Part shown: positions 36,886-46,451 of the stretch, one piece after another
Layout: the number at the start of each line of letters is the position of its first letter
Numbering within the stretch: position 1 is the first letter of the stretch
NCBI GenBank assembly: GCA_009886115.1
Contig: VFJJ01000100.1
Location: 1-56,154, forward strand
Direction: 5' to 3'
DNA from: Actinomycetota bacterium
GTDB taxonomy: Bacteria > Actinomycetota > Acidimicrobiia > IMCC26256 > VFJJ01
Length of the DNA stretch: 56,154 nucleotides
Program-made: the position numbers and the translations under genes
The notes under the pieces: generated by a model
What the model saw: only the letters and a program-made list of their open reading frames with translations
Databases searched by the model: none
Told to the model about the DNA's origin: nothing

Positions 36886-38067
36886 ATGAAACGGCTCGGG
36901 ATCGGCGTCATCGGGTTCGGGTGGATGGGTCAAGCCCACAGCCGGGGTTGCCGGCGGGCCCCGAGCTACTTTCCTGACCGTGGGTATCAGCCCGATCTTG
37001 TCGTGGTCAGTGACACGTTGGAGGACCGACGCGACGACGCCGTCTGCTCGTTTGGATTCCGGGAGGCCGTCTCCGACTGGCGGGTCGTCGTCGAGCACCC
37101 TGACGTCGACGTCGTGTTCGTCGCCGCGCCCAACATGCTGCACGTCGAGATGGTGGAGGCCGCTGTTACCCACGGTAAGCACGTATTTTGTGAGAAGCCG
37201 GTAGGAGGCACGCCAGCCCAGACCGTCGTTGCGGCCCGGGCCGCTCGAAACGCAGGCGTGATCACGGGGGTCGGATACAACTACCGGTGGACGCCGCTCC
37301 TCCAGTACGCCAAGCAACTCATCGACCAGGGTGTGATCGGGGAGATCACGAACTACTACGGCCGATTCTTCTCGATGTACGGGTCTGATCCACTCGGCCT
37401 CCTGTCGTGGCGCTTTCTCATCGACCAGGCGGGGCACGGTGCATCGACCGACATCCTCAGTCACACCGTCGACCTTGCGCACTATCTCGTCGGCGACGCC
37501 GCCGGACCGATCACCCGGCTGGTCGGCACGGGCGAGACGTTCATCAAGCAGCGGCCACTGCCGACCGGGGCGGGAACGCACTACGACCGCGGCCAGCCCG
37601 GTGACCCCACGGGTGCGGTCACCAACGAGGACTACATCGCCTGCCTGTGCGCCTTCGGGAACGGTGCCCGCGGCACGTTCGAGGCATCGCGTTCGATGGT
37701 CGGTCCGGAGAGCCAGAACCTGCTCGAGGTCTTCGGGACCCAAGGTTCGGTCCGGTGGAACTTCGAGCAGATGAACCAACTCCAGGTGTACGTCGCCGGC
37801 GAGGAGCTCCACACCGGCTTCACCAACGTCTACGGAGGAGACCGATTCCCCCACCACGGTAACTTCGTACCGGGCAGCGCCAACGGGATCGGGTTCGAGG
37901 ACCTGGTCTGCATCGAAGACCATGAGTTCCTCGCCTCGGTCGCGGCCGGGCGTCAGCACTCGCCGGGCTTCACCGAGGCGCTGGCCTACGTGGGCGTGCA
38001 GGATGCGATCATGCGATCCTGGGCGTCAGGTCGTTGGGAAGATGTTGTCTCGCTGTTGGAGGATTGA
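36886..38067 (+). CDS. Gfo/Idh/MocA family cyclitol dehydrogenase
   Basis: GFGWMG, CEKPVG, GYNYR, DILSH. Confidence 0.88.
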   Translation: MKRLGIGVIGFGWMGQAHSRGCRRAPSYFPDRGYQPDLVVVSDTLEDRRDDAVCSFGFREAVSDWRVVVEHPDVDVVFVAAPNMLHVEMVEAAVTHGKHVFCEKPVGGTPAQTVVAARAARNAGVITGVGYNYRWTPLLQYAKQLIDQGVIGEITNYYGRFFSMYGSDPLGLLSWRFLIDQAGHGASTDILSHTVDLAHYLVGDAAGPITRLVGTGETFIKQRPLPTGAGTHYDRGQPGDPTGAVTNEDYIACLCAFGNGARGTFEASRSMVGPESQNLLEVFGTQGSVRWNFEQMNQLQVYVAGEELHTGFTNVYGGDRFPHHGNFVPGSANGIGFEDLVCIEDHEFLASVAAGRQHSPGFTEALAYVGVQDAIMRSWASGRWEDVVSLLED

Positions 38068-38070
38068 TAT

Positions 38071-39945
38071 ATGAGGTGTACGAGGCTGACCACTGCGCAG
38101 GCCATCGTCCGATACCTGATCGCCCAACGGACGATCATCGGCGAGCGCGACGTTCCCCTGTTCCCGGGTGTATTCGCCATCTTCGGTCACGGCAACGTCA
38201 CCTGCCTCGGAACCGCCCTCCAGGAGGCCGGCGACGAGCTACCGACCTGGCGCGGTCAGAACGAGCAGGGCATGGCCTTGGCCGCCATCGGTTACGCCAA
38301 GGCCATGCGTCGCCGGCAGATCATGGTGGCGACGAGCTCGATCGGACCTGGTGCGCTCAACATGGTCACTGCGGCCGGAGTGGCGCACAGCAACCGGTTA
38401 CCGGTGCTACTCCTGTCGGGCGACACCTTCGCCAGCCGCGTCCCCGACCCGGTGCTCCAGCAGGTCGAGCACTTCGGTGATCCGTCGATCACGGTCAACG
38501 ACGCGTTCAAGCCAGTAACACGGTACTGGGACCGCATCGTGCGGCCCGAGCAGATCATCTCATCCCTCCCGCAGGCTGTACGCACGATGATCGACCCGGC
38601 GACGTGTGGACCGGCGTTCATCGCGCTCCCGCAGGACGTGCAGGCCGAAGCATTCGAGTTCCCCGACAGGTTCTTCGCTCAGACCGTTCACGAGATTTCG
38701 CGCCCTCGGGCCGATCGTCGCCAGCTCGAGCGGGCCGCCCGGTTGATGTCCACCGCCGAGCGGCCGTTGTTGATTGCCGGTGGTGGTGTGCACTACTCGT
38801 TGGCCGAGGCCGAGCTCACCCGCTTCGCCGAGACGCACCACATCCCGGTGGTTGAGACCATGGCCGGTAAGGCCTGCCTGGTTTCAGCGCACCCGTTGAA
38901 CAGCGGACCGGTCGGGGTGACCGGATGTGCCTCCGCCAACGCCCTCGCCGCTGAGGCCGATGTCGTCATCGCCGTCGGCACGCGCCTGGGGGACTTCACG
39001 ACCGGCTCGTGGACGGGCTTCGCGCCCGACGCCCGCTTTGTCGGCATCAATGCGGCCGGCTTCGACGCCATCAAGCATCAGGGCGTCGCCGTGGTGGGAG
39101 ATGCCAGGGAGGCCCTCGTCGAGATCAGCGATCTTCTGAGCGATCGGGGAGGGTCTGGCGCCTGGCGAGGGCCTGAGGAATGGACCGTGCGGGCGGGCCA
39201 CGAGACTGCAGGCTATCACGCATACATCGACAAGATCGCCGCGCCCACCGACGCCCTTCCTCTGACCTATGCCCAGGTCGTCGGTGTGGTCGACCGCATC
39301 GCCCGTCCCGGCGACTATGCCCTCTCGGCCGCGGGAGGCCTTCCCGGTGAGCTCAACAACGGATGGCGGGCCAGGTCCATCGACAGCTTCGACTGCGAGT
39401 ATGGCTTCTCGTGCATGGGCTACGAGATATCGGGGGCCTGGGGCGCCAAGATGGCGCGGAACGTGTTGCAGCCGGACGGCGATGGTGAGGTGATCGCCTT
39501 TGTCGGTGACGGTTCGTACCTCATGATGAACAGCGACCTGTATTCGACGGTGCTGTCTGGCCACAAGCTGATTGTGATCGTCTGTGACAACGGCGGCTTC
39601 GCGGTCATCAATCGGCTCCAGGTGAACCAGGGCGGCGAGCCGTTCAACAACCTCCTCGTCGACGTACGGCACGACCGCCTGGCCTATGTCGATTTCGCCG
39701 GGCACGCCTCGGCCATGGGGTGCTTGGCCGAGACAATCGAGACCGCCGATGAGCTCGAGGCTGCGCTGGCTCGGGCCCGGGCCGCCGCCGGCACCTATGT
39801 GATCGTTCTGAGGACTCATCCCTACGAATGGACCGAGGGCGGCATCTTCTGGGAAGTCGGGGTCCCGGAGGTCTCGAACCGCCAGGCCGTGCTCGATGCT
39901 CGGGCGGCCGTGGACCGTGGAAAGTCAGGGCAACGGCTGATATGA
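38071..39945 (+). CDS. iolD: 3D-(3,5/4)-trihydroxycyclohexane-1,2-dione acylhydrolase
   Basis: AIFGHGNV, NEQGM, PDPVLQQVE, EYGFSCMGYE, GDGSYLM...DNGG (ThDP motif). Confidence 0.95.
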   Translation: MRCTRLTTAQAIVRYLIAQRTIIGERDVPLFPGVFAIFGHGNVTCLGTALQEAGDELPTWRGQNEQGMALAAIGYAKAMRRRQIMVATSSIGPGALNMVTAAGVAHSNRLPVLLLSGDTFASRVPDPVLQQVEHFGDPSITVNDAFKPVTRYWDRIVRPEQIISSLPQAVRTMIDPATCGPAFIALPQDVQAEAFEFPDRFFAQTVHEISRPRADRRQLERAARLMSTAERPLLIAGGGVHYSLAEAELTRFAETHHIPVVETMAGKACLVSAHPLNSGPVGVTGCASANALAAEADVVIAVGTRLGDFTTGSWTGFAPDARFVGINAAGFDAIKHQGVAVVGDAREALVEISDLLSDRGGSGAWRGPEEWTVRAGHETAGYHAYIDKIAAPTDALPLTYAQVVGVVDRIARPGDYALSAAGGLPGELNNGWRARSIDSFDCEYGFSCMGYEISGAWGAKMARNVLQPDGDGEVIAFVGDGSYLMMNSDLYSTVLSGHKLIVIVCDNGGFAVINRLQVNQGGEPFNNLLVDVRHDRLAYVDFAGHASAMGCLAETIETADELEAALARARAAAGTYVIVLRTHPYEWTEGGIFWEVGVPEVSNRQAVLDARAAVDRGKSGQRLI

Positions 39946-40751
39946 GCACGAACGACGGCGTCTATGTCATCAACGGCGGCACCCAGGGGCTGGGCGAGGC
40001 GACGGCCCGGGTGCTGGCAGCCCGGGGTGCGACCGGGCTGGTACTCGCCGGAAGGAGCCGCGACCGGGGTCAGGCGCTGGCCGACGAGCTGACCGGTGCC
40101 GGTTCCCCCACGATCTTCGTCCCGTCCGACCTCGCCGATCCCTCCTCGCCGGAGGCGGTGGTAGCGGCGGCCGACAAGCAGTTCGGGGTCGTCCATGGGC
40201 TCGTCAACGTCGCTGCTGTCACCGATCGGGCCACCGTGTGGGAGCTCACGGGCGACCACATCGATCAGATACTCAGCGTCAACGTGCGGGCGCCGATGCT
40301 GGCCTGCCGGTACGCCGCCGAGGTCATGCGCCGGGAGGGGGTCGCCGGCTCGCTCGTCAACATCGGCTCGACCAGTGGATACGGCGGGCAGCCCTTCCTC
40401 GTGGCGTACAGCGCATCGAAGGCGGCCTTGGCCGTCGCCACCAAGTCGCTCGCCTACTCACTGATGAGGCATCACATCAGGGTGAACCAGATCAACCCGG
40501 GATGGATGAACACCGAGTCGGAGGACGCCACCCAACGCCGTTGGCACGGCGCCACCGACGGATGGCTGGAAGCGGCGGGAGCAACCCAGCCCCTGGGTCG
40601 ACTACTCGAGCCGGCCGAGGTGGCTCGCGTCATCGCGTTCTATCTGTCCGATGAGAGCGGCATCATGACCGGCAACGTCGTCGACTACGACCAGTCGGTC
40701 ATCGGCGCTGGTGACGCCCCGAAGCCGACCGAGGCCGAGACGCCCCGGTAG
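39942..40751 (+). CDS. Short-chain dehydrogenase/reductase
   Basis: NGGTQGLG, YSASK, NQINPGW. ATGA-coupled to iolD. Confidence 0.9.
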   Translation: MSTNDGVYVINGGTQGLGEATARVLAARGATGLVLAGRSRDRGQALADELTGAGSPTIFVPSDLADPSSPEAVVAAADKQFGVVHGLVNVAAVTDRATVWELTGDHIDQILSVNVRAPMLACRYAAEVMRREGVAGSLVNIGSTSGYGGQPFLVAYSASKAALAVATKSLAYSLMRHHIRVNQINPGWMNTESEDATQRRWHGATDGWLEAAGATQPLGRLLEPAEVARVIAFYLSDESGIMTGNVVDYDQSVIGAGDAPKPTEAETPR

Positions 40752-40789
40752 CCCCGCATTTGCCGGTAGACACGTTCGTCAGTGAGCCC

Positions 40790-41079
40790 ATCGGCGGTAG
40801 AGCGAGCGGCCGGTCGGACGCGTCGTTGAGGTTGGTCACCAGCCGGCCGCCGATGTCGACGAGCAGGACGGCGTCCTGGTTGTAATCGGCCATGCAGAGC
40901 ACACGGACCCGGTCGGAGATCGGAGTCCACTGCCGGTCTGCGAGCACGGTGATGTCGAACCCGTCACCCTCGAGCCAGCAGTAAGGACTGCCTTCGATCC
41001 ACGGATCGGTGACGAGCACGGGGCCGCGGTCGTGCACGATCAGCGTGGCATTACCGATCGTCTCGAATCCGAGGTCCAC
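40790..41079 (-). pseudogene. Metallo-beta-lactamase-fold gene remnant with internal deletion
   Basis: GFETIGNATL...LVTDPWIEGSPY jumps to ...DYNQDAVLLVD...NLNDA with no HxHxDH motif in between, then degenerates. Confidence 0.55.
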
Positions 41080-41127
41080 AGGGCCAGCTCCCGCTGCCGG
41101 CCGAGCGCTCCGGCAGGCGTTCGCGGG

Positions 41128-42354
41128 CTAGCGCCATGCGTCAAGAGTGTCACGCTGCGTCACTGTGGTGCGCCGGCGGTCGGCGTGGTCGGACAGCTCG
41201 GTGCGGAGCCGATCGGGGGACCAGTGCTCCACTACCGCCCGGCCCAGGAGCTCGGCTTGCGACTCGGGCATGAGGCCGTCGATGGGCTGGTCGTGGTCGA
41301 GGTTGGTGGGGAAGGGATACCCGTCGACACAGGCCGTGACGGCGTTACGGAGCGACTGCTCGTCGAGCCCACCGGCGCGCCGATCGAGCAATGCCGGAAA
41401 GATGGCGTTGGCCATCTTCTGCCGGTCGACGCTCTCGAGCGCCCGACCGAAGGCCGACGAGACCTGGAGCAGGTTGCCCATCCGCTTCACGTCGGTGGTG
41501 CGGTTCTCGCCGGCGGCGTGGAACATCGCCGGGTTGAAGAACACGGCGTCGCCCCGGGCCAGCGGCAACTGCACGTGGTGACGCTGGAAGTACTCCTTGA
41601 ACTCAGGTCGGCGCCAGGCCAGGTATCCCGGCGCGTATTTCTGCGCGTACGGCAGGTACATCGTGGGGCCGGTCTCGACCGGCATGTCGCAGTGGGCGAT
41701 CGCACCCTGGAGCGTCAACACCGGTGAGAGCGCATGCACGTGCGCGGGGAACTGCTCGGCATCGGCGTCGGACAAGAAACCCAGGTGGTAGTCGCGATGG
41801 GGGCTCTGGGCCTCGCCGCCCGGGTTCACGACGTTGATCTGGGACGTGACCTGATACCAGCGTCCCAGCCACGACTCGGAGACCAGGGCGATGATGTCGC
41901 TGGCGTAGTAGTCGACGAACGTCTCCGGGGCGGCCAGCGCCAGCTTCTCGAGCGCGTTCCAGACCCGGTCGTTGGCCCCGGGCTTGGCGTAGTGGTCACC
42001 GGACCGAGCGCCCCGGGCGTGCTGGTCGTCGATCATGGCCCGGAAGGCCTCGGTGGCCCGATCGACGACGTTCGCGTCGAGCGCGTGCGTGAACACGGCG
42101 ATCCCCGGGCCGTCGAGGAACACCCGGGCGAGCTCCGCCTGCACGACCCGGCGGGTGGACGGCCGACCGGCGAGGGCGGCCCGGAGCTCGGGGGCGTGGT
42201 AGATGGGCACGCGGTGATCGATCGCCGATGCGTGCGGTGTGTCGGCCAGATCGGTGGGCTGCTCGACCAGCGCCGCGAATTCGGAGATGTCGCACTGCTC
42301 GGTCGTGAAGTAACCCGAGTCGGCCCGCTCGGACGCGGGGCTCGGCCGGTCCAT
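41128..42354 (-). CDS. Phytanoyl-CoA dioxygenase (PhyH) family Fe(II)/2OG oxygenase
   Basis: QSPHRDYH (HxD), GDAVFFNPAMFHAAG (distal His), RMGNLLQ. Coupled to iolG. Confidence 0.85.
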   Translation of the reverse strand: MDRPSPASERADSGYFTTEQCDISEFAALVEQPTDLADTPHASAIDHRVPIYHAPELRAALAGRPSTRRVVQAELARVFLDGPGIAVFTHALDANVVDRATEAFRAMIDDQHARGARSGDHYAKPGANDRVWNALEKLALAAPETFVDYYASDIIALVSESWLGRWYQVTSQINVVNPGGEAQSPHRDYHLGFLSDADAEQFPAHVHALSPVLTLQGAIAHCDMPVETGPTMYLPYAQKYAPGYLAWRRPEFKEYFQRHHVQLPLARGDAVFFNPAMFHAAGENRTTDVKRMGNLLQVSSAFGRALESVDRQKMANAIFPALLDRRAGGLDEQSLRNAVTACVDGYPFPTNLDHDQPIDGLMPESQAELLGRAVVEHWSPDRLRTELSDHADRRRTTVTQRDTLDAWR

Positions 42355-43379
42355 CAGGTGATCTCCTCCACCGACACCGGTCGTCGCTCGGCCACTGATC
42401 GGCCGGCTGCCAGACCGAGGACCAGGGGGGCCCGGCCGTCAGCGGGGCCGACCGGAGATGGTGTGCCGTCGCGCAGCATCCCCACGAACGCCTCCCATTC
42501 AGACAGATAGCTCTGCGTGTACCGCTCCAGGAAGAAATAGGGGAGAGCGGCAACTCGACCTCCGCGCCCGTCGCGCACCGTCGTGGTGGTGACCAGAGGA
42601 TTGTCGGACGACACGATGCCCTGAGAGCCGAACACCTCGACGCGCTGGTCGTAGCCGTACACGGCCTGCCGGCTGTTGTCGATGACGGTCATGGCCCCGT
42701 TGGCGTGGGTCAGCACGATCACCGTGGTGTCGAAGTCGCCGGCCTCGCCGATGGCCGGATCGACGAGCACGGCACCCTTGGCGTATACCTCCAAGACCTC
42801 GCTCCCGGTCACGTAACGAGCCATGTCGAAATCGTGGATGGTCATGTCGCAGAAGATGCCGCCCGAAACCGCGATATAGGTCAGGGGCGGCGGGGCCGGG
42901 TCGCGGCTGGTGATGCGCACCACATGCACGTCACCGACGTCGCCGGCTGCGACCCGGTCGCGAACCTCGCGGTGGCTCGGATCGAAGCGCCGGTTGAAGC
43001 CCACCATGAACGGAACGCCGGCCGCGGCGACGGCCTCCAGGCCCCGGTCGACCTCGGCGAGGTTCAGGGAGAGCGGCTTCTCGCAGAAGATGGGCTTGCC
43101 GGCCCGGGCTGCAGCCACGATCAGATCGACGTGCGTGTCGGTCGAGGTGCAGATCGCAACGGCGTCGACGTCGTCGCGTTCGATGAGCTCCTGGGCCGAC
43201 GCCGCGGCGTCGAGCCCGAGCTCGGCGGCGACCGCCGAGGCCGCCTCACCGAGAACGTCGTACACCACCGGGCACGTCGCGCCCGGTGCCCGGAGGGTGA
43301 GCAGCTCGGCGTGCATGCGTCCGATCCGGCCGCAGCCGAGCACCGCGATCCTGATCGGCGGTGGTGCGGTCGTTGTCAT
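42354..43379 (-). CDS. iolG: myo-inositol 2-dehydrogenase
   Basis: [54 protein letters not shown]. Confidence 0.9.
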   Translation of the reverse strand: MTTTAPPPIRIAVLGCGRIGRMHAELLTLRAPGATCPVVYDVLGEAASAVAAELGLDAAASAQELIERDDVDAVAICTSTDTHVDLIVAAARAGKPIFCEKPLSLNLAEVDRGLEAVAAAGVPFMVGFNRRFDPSHREVRDRVAAGDVGDVHVVRITSRDPAPPPLTYIAVSGGIFCDMTIHDFDMARYVTGSEVLEVYAKGAVLVDPAIGEAGDFDTTVIVLTHANGAMTVIDNSRQAVYGYDQRVEVFGSQGIVSSDNPLVTTTTVRDGRGGRVAALPYFFLERYTQSYLSEWEAFVGMLRDGTPSPVGPADGRAPLVLGLAAGRSVAERRPVSVEEIT

Positions 43380-44209
43380 CGTCCGGACAGCTCGCGCTGC
43401 AACGCCTCGAGCTCGGCACCTCCGGCCATCAGCCGGGTGAGCTCGGTGATGGTGATCTCGTCCTTGGCGAAGTTACCCATCGAGTGGCCCCGGTTGAGGA
43501 TGAGAAACCGGTCGCCGACGGGCCAGGCGTGCGCCGGGTTGTGGGTTATGAAGATCACGGCCAGGCCGCGGTTGCGGGCCTCGAGGATGTAGCGGAGCAC
43601 GACGCCCGACTGCTTGACCCCGAGCGCCGATGTCGGCTCGTCGAGGATCAGCACCCGCGCGCCGAAGTACGCGGCGCGGGCGATGGCCACCGATTGCCGC
43701 TCGCCACCCGAGAGCGTTCCCACCGTCTGATCGGGATCGCGGATGTCGATCCCCATCTTGGCCAGCTCCTCGACGGCGACCCGCTTGGCCTCGGGGGTGT
43801 CGATCCAGCGGAAGATCCCGAAGCCGCGGAGCGGCTCTGCGCCCAGCCAGAAGTTCCGCCATACCGACATCAACGGGACGACGGCGAGGTCCTGGTAGAC
43901 GGTGGCGATACCCCGGTCGAGGGCGTCACGGGGTGAGGCGAAACGCATGGGCACACCGTCGAGGAGCACCTCCCCCTCGTCGTGCTGGTGCACGCCCGAC
44001 AGGATCTTGATGAAGCTCGACTTGCCGGCCCCGTTGTCGCCCAGGACGCACGTGACCTCCCCGGCGTTGACGCTCGTGGTGACGTCCTGGAGAGCGATGA
44101 TGGTGCCGTAGAACTTCGAGATGTTGCGGAGATCGAGGATCGAGGCATCCCTTGCGGCTTCTGGTTCACTCGTCTGCGGCTCGATCATGGGTCTGCCTTC
44201 CGTAGCCAT
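43376..44209 (-). CDS. Sugar (inositol) ABC transporter ATP-binding protein
   Basis: [25 protein letters not shown]. Confidence 0.93.
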   Translation of the reverse strand: MATEGRPMIEPQTSEPEAARDASILDLRNISKFYGTIIALQDVTTSVNAGEVTCVLGDNGAGKSSFIKILSGVHQHDEGEVLLDGVPMRFASPRDALDRGIATVYQDLAVVPLMSVWRNFWLGAEPLRGFGIFRWIDTPEAKRVAVEELAKMGIDIRDPDQTVGTLSGGERQSVAIARAAYFGARVLILDEPTSALGVKQSGVVLRYILEARNRGLAVIFITHNPAHAWPVGDRFLILNRGHSMGNFAKDEITITELTRLMAGGAELEALQRELSGR

Positions 44210-44215
44210 CGTCCG

Positions 44216-46288
44216 TCACCTCGACCGCTCGGCCTTGTTGCGGACGTAGCGATTGGCTATCACCGCTCCCAGGAGGATGATGCCGAGCAGCAGGAAGCGC
44301 CAGTTGGTGTTCCAGCCGGCGAACGGGATGCCCTGGGTCGACATCGACATGATGAGCGAACCGATGGCCCCGCCGGCCGCCGACCCGTAGCCGCCGGTGA
44401 GCTCGTTGCCGCCGACAACGGCGGCGATTATGTACTCGAACTCCTCGCCGTCACCGACGTTGGCCTGCACGGAGTTGAGGCGAAAGGCGATGAGCATCCC
44501 GGTCAGCCACGCTGCTCCGGAGACCATCATGAACAGCGTGGTCTTGGTGCGCGCCGCCGGGACACCGACGGCCCGGGCGGCTTCCTTGTTGCCGCCCACC
44601 GCGTAGATCCAGTTGCCGAACCGGGTGCGGGTGAGGAGCCAGGTGCCGAACAACGCGAACAGCATGAACCACAAGATCGAGATGCGGTAGCGGATCACGC
44701 CCGGGAGCGTGTCGACCTCCTCCTGGGTGGAGAACAGCATCTTCACGAACGTGGCCACCACCAGGGCGGCGAGGCCGGCGACCGCAACCCGCTTGCCTAG
44801 GCGATCGGCGGTCGGGTCGGCCGCGCTGCGGGCCTCGAAGCGATAGCTCAGGATGGCCGAGGCCAGCACCAGTAGGGCCATCAGAAGCATGACGGTGAAC
44901 AATCGGCTCCGGAACTTCTCGGACGTCGACTGCGACCGGATGAAGAAGGCCACGCCTACGATGGCGACGGTGGTGATCGTCGACACGACCAAAGCGCCCA
45001 GCTTGCCCCGCTTGGCCGCCTGCCCTTCGGACACGAGCAGGGCGATGGCCCCGCTGACAACGAGCACGACGAAGACGATCGTCCGAGCCGCCTGGCGGGT
45101 CATGAGGAATCCGACAGCAGGTAGGGCCGAGATGCCGATCCCGGCCAACGGAGCGAGCATGGGGACCTTGCCCGCGGCCACCAGCACCGCCAGCACTCCG
45201 GCCACACCGATGCCGAGCACGAACACCGCTCGCGAGAAGCCCGAGCCGAAGAAGAAGTCGACCGACTTGTCAGACTTCGAGTCGAAGACCGCCGTCAGCA
45301 CCGAGCCGGCAACGATCGCCGCGATGCCGATGCCGAGCAGCCGGGCGGCCTGGCCCTCGATGGCCACGATCCGGTCGCGCGCGCTGGGCTCGTAGCGCCA
45401 CTGGCCCAACCCGGCCATGGCGACGATCAGACCGAGGCCGGTGACAGCCCCGAGAACGGCGTTGACGCCGACCCCGTCGGTGCCGAGCAGGCCGATGAAG
45501 CCGCCCAGAGCGAGGGCCGCGCCGACCAGCAACGTAAGCAGACCCTTGGGATTCCTGGCGCGGCGACGGGTGTAGCTCATCTCCATCACGCCGGCGATCA
45601 CCAGGACGAACGCGGTGACGAGGAGGACGACCCACAACTTGTCCCGCCCTCCCCAGACGTGGGAGTTCCGGATCCAGTCCTCGGCGAAGATCTTGCGCCA
45701 GAAGCCGTATCCCTTCGCTTCGTCGAGGCCTTCCACGGTGACCTGGCCGGCGAAGAGCTTGGTGAAGCCCAGCTTGGCGCCGATGAGGATGAAGAACGTG
45801 CCCAGGGTGACGATGAAGCTGGGCAACCCCGTGCGCTCCCGGAGCGTGCCGTTGAACCAGCCGATCATCATCGCGAACGCGAAGGTGAGCGGCACCACGA
45901 TGTGGAGGCTGAAACCGGCGCCCGACGAAGCGCCGGCGATCTCACCGGCCTCCTTCGACAGCAGGATGACCAAGAGAGCGGTCGCCCCGGTGAGTGACCC
46001 TGACGAGAGGTCGAACTCACCGCCGATCATCAGCAATGACACGGCGACGGCCATGATGCCGAGCGACGCGGCGACGTCGAGGTAGTTCGCCGTACCCGCC
46101 GCGGTGCCGAACACGTCGGAGACCGCCCAGAAGAAGGCCCACACCGCCGTCGTGCCCACGAGAGCGCCGATCTCGGGCCTCACGAGCAGACGTTGGATTG
46201 GTCCCCGGTGCGAGACCCGCTCGTCGCGCCCGGGCATCTCGCCCGGGACGCTCTCAGCCGCCGTGAGGTCTGTCGATACGCTGGCCAC
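44216..46288 (-). CDS. Sugar ABC transporter permease with large membrane insertion
   Basis: GGEFDLS, LPSFIVTLG at the N-terminus; RFGNWIYAVGGN..AARAVG, AAVVGG at the C-terminus; about 690 aa. Confidence 0.88.
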   Translation of the reverse strand: MASVSTDLTAAESVPGEMPGRDERVSHRGPIQRLLVRPEIGALVGTTAVWAFFWAVSDVFGTAAGTANYLDVAASLGIMAVAVSLLMIGGEFDLSSGSLTGATALLVILLSKEAGEIAGASSGAGFSLHIVVPLTFAFAMMIGWFNGTLRERTGLPSFIVTLGTFFILIGAKLGFTKLFAGQVTVEGLDEAKGYGFWRKIFAEDWIRNSHVWGGRDKLWVVLLVTAFVLVIAGVMEMSYTRRRARNPKGLLTLLVGAALALGGFIGLLGTDGVGVNAVLGAVTGLGLIVAMAGLGQWRYEPSARDRIVAIEGQAARLLGIGIAAIVAGSVLTAVFDSKSDKSVDFFFGSGFSRAVFVLGIGVAGVLAVLVAAGKVPMLAPLAGIGISALPAVGFLMTRQAARTIVFVVLVVSGAIALLVSEGQAAKRGKLGALVVSTITTVAIVGVAFFIRSQSTSEKFRSRLFTVMLLMALLVLASAILSYRFEARSAADPTADRLGKRVAVAGLAALVVATFVKMLFSTQEEVDTLPGVIRYRISILWFMLFALFGTWLLTRTRFGNWIYAVGGNKEAARAVGVPAARTKTTLFMMVSGAAWLTGMLIAFRLNSVQANVGDGEEFEYIIAAVVGGNELTGGYGSAAGGAIGSLIMSMSTQGIPFAGWNTNWRFLLLGIILLGAVIANRYVRNKAERSR

Positions 46289-46451
46289 TGTCTCCCCGGA
46301 CGACGAGATCCGACATCGGGAGCCGGGGTCCATGACCCCGACCCCCGATGAAGGGATCGTGCTTCGCTAGTTGCTCTGTGCTAGCACCGAATGCCTTGGC
46401 ACTGCCTCGACTCTCGGATACCGGGATTCCCGGGCTGATCCGAGGACCCGA

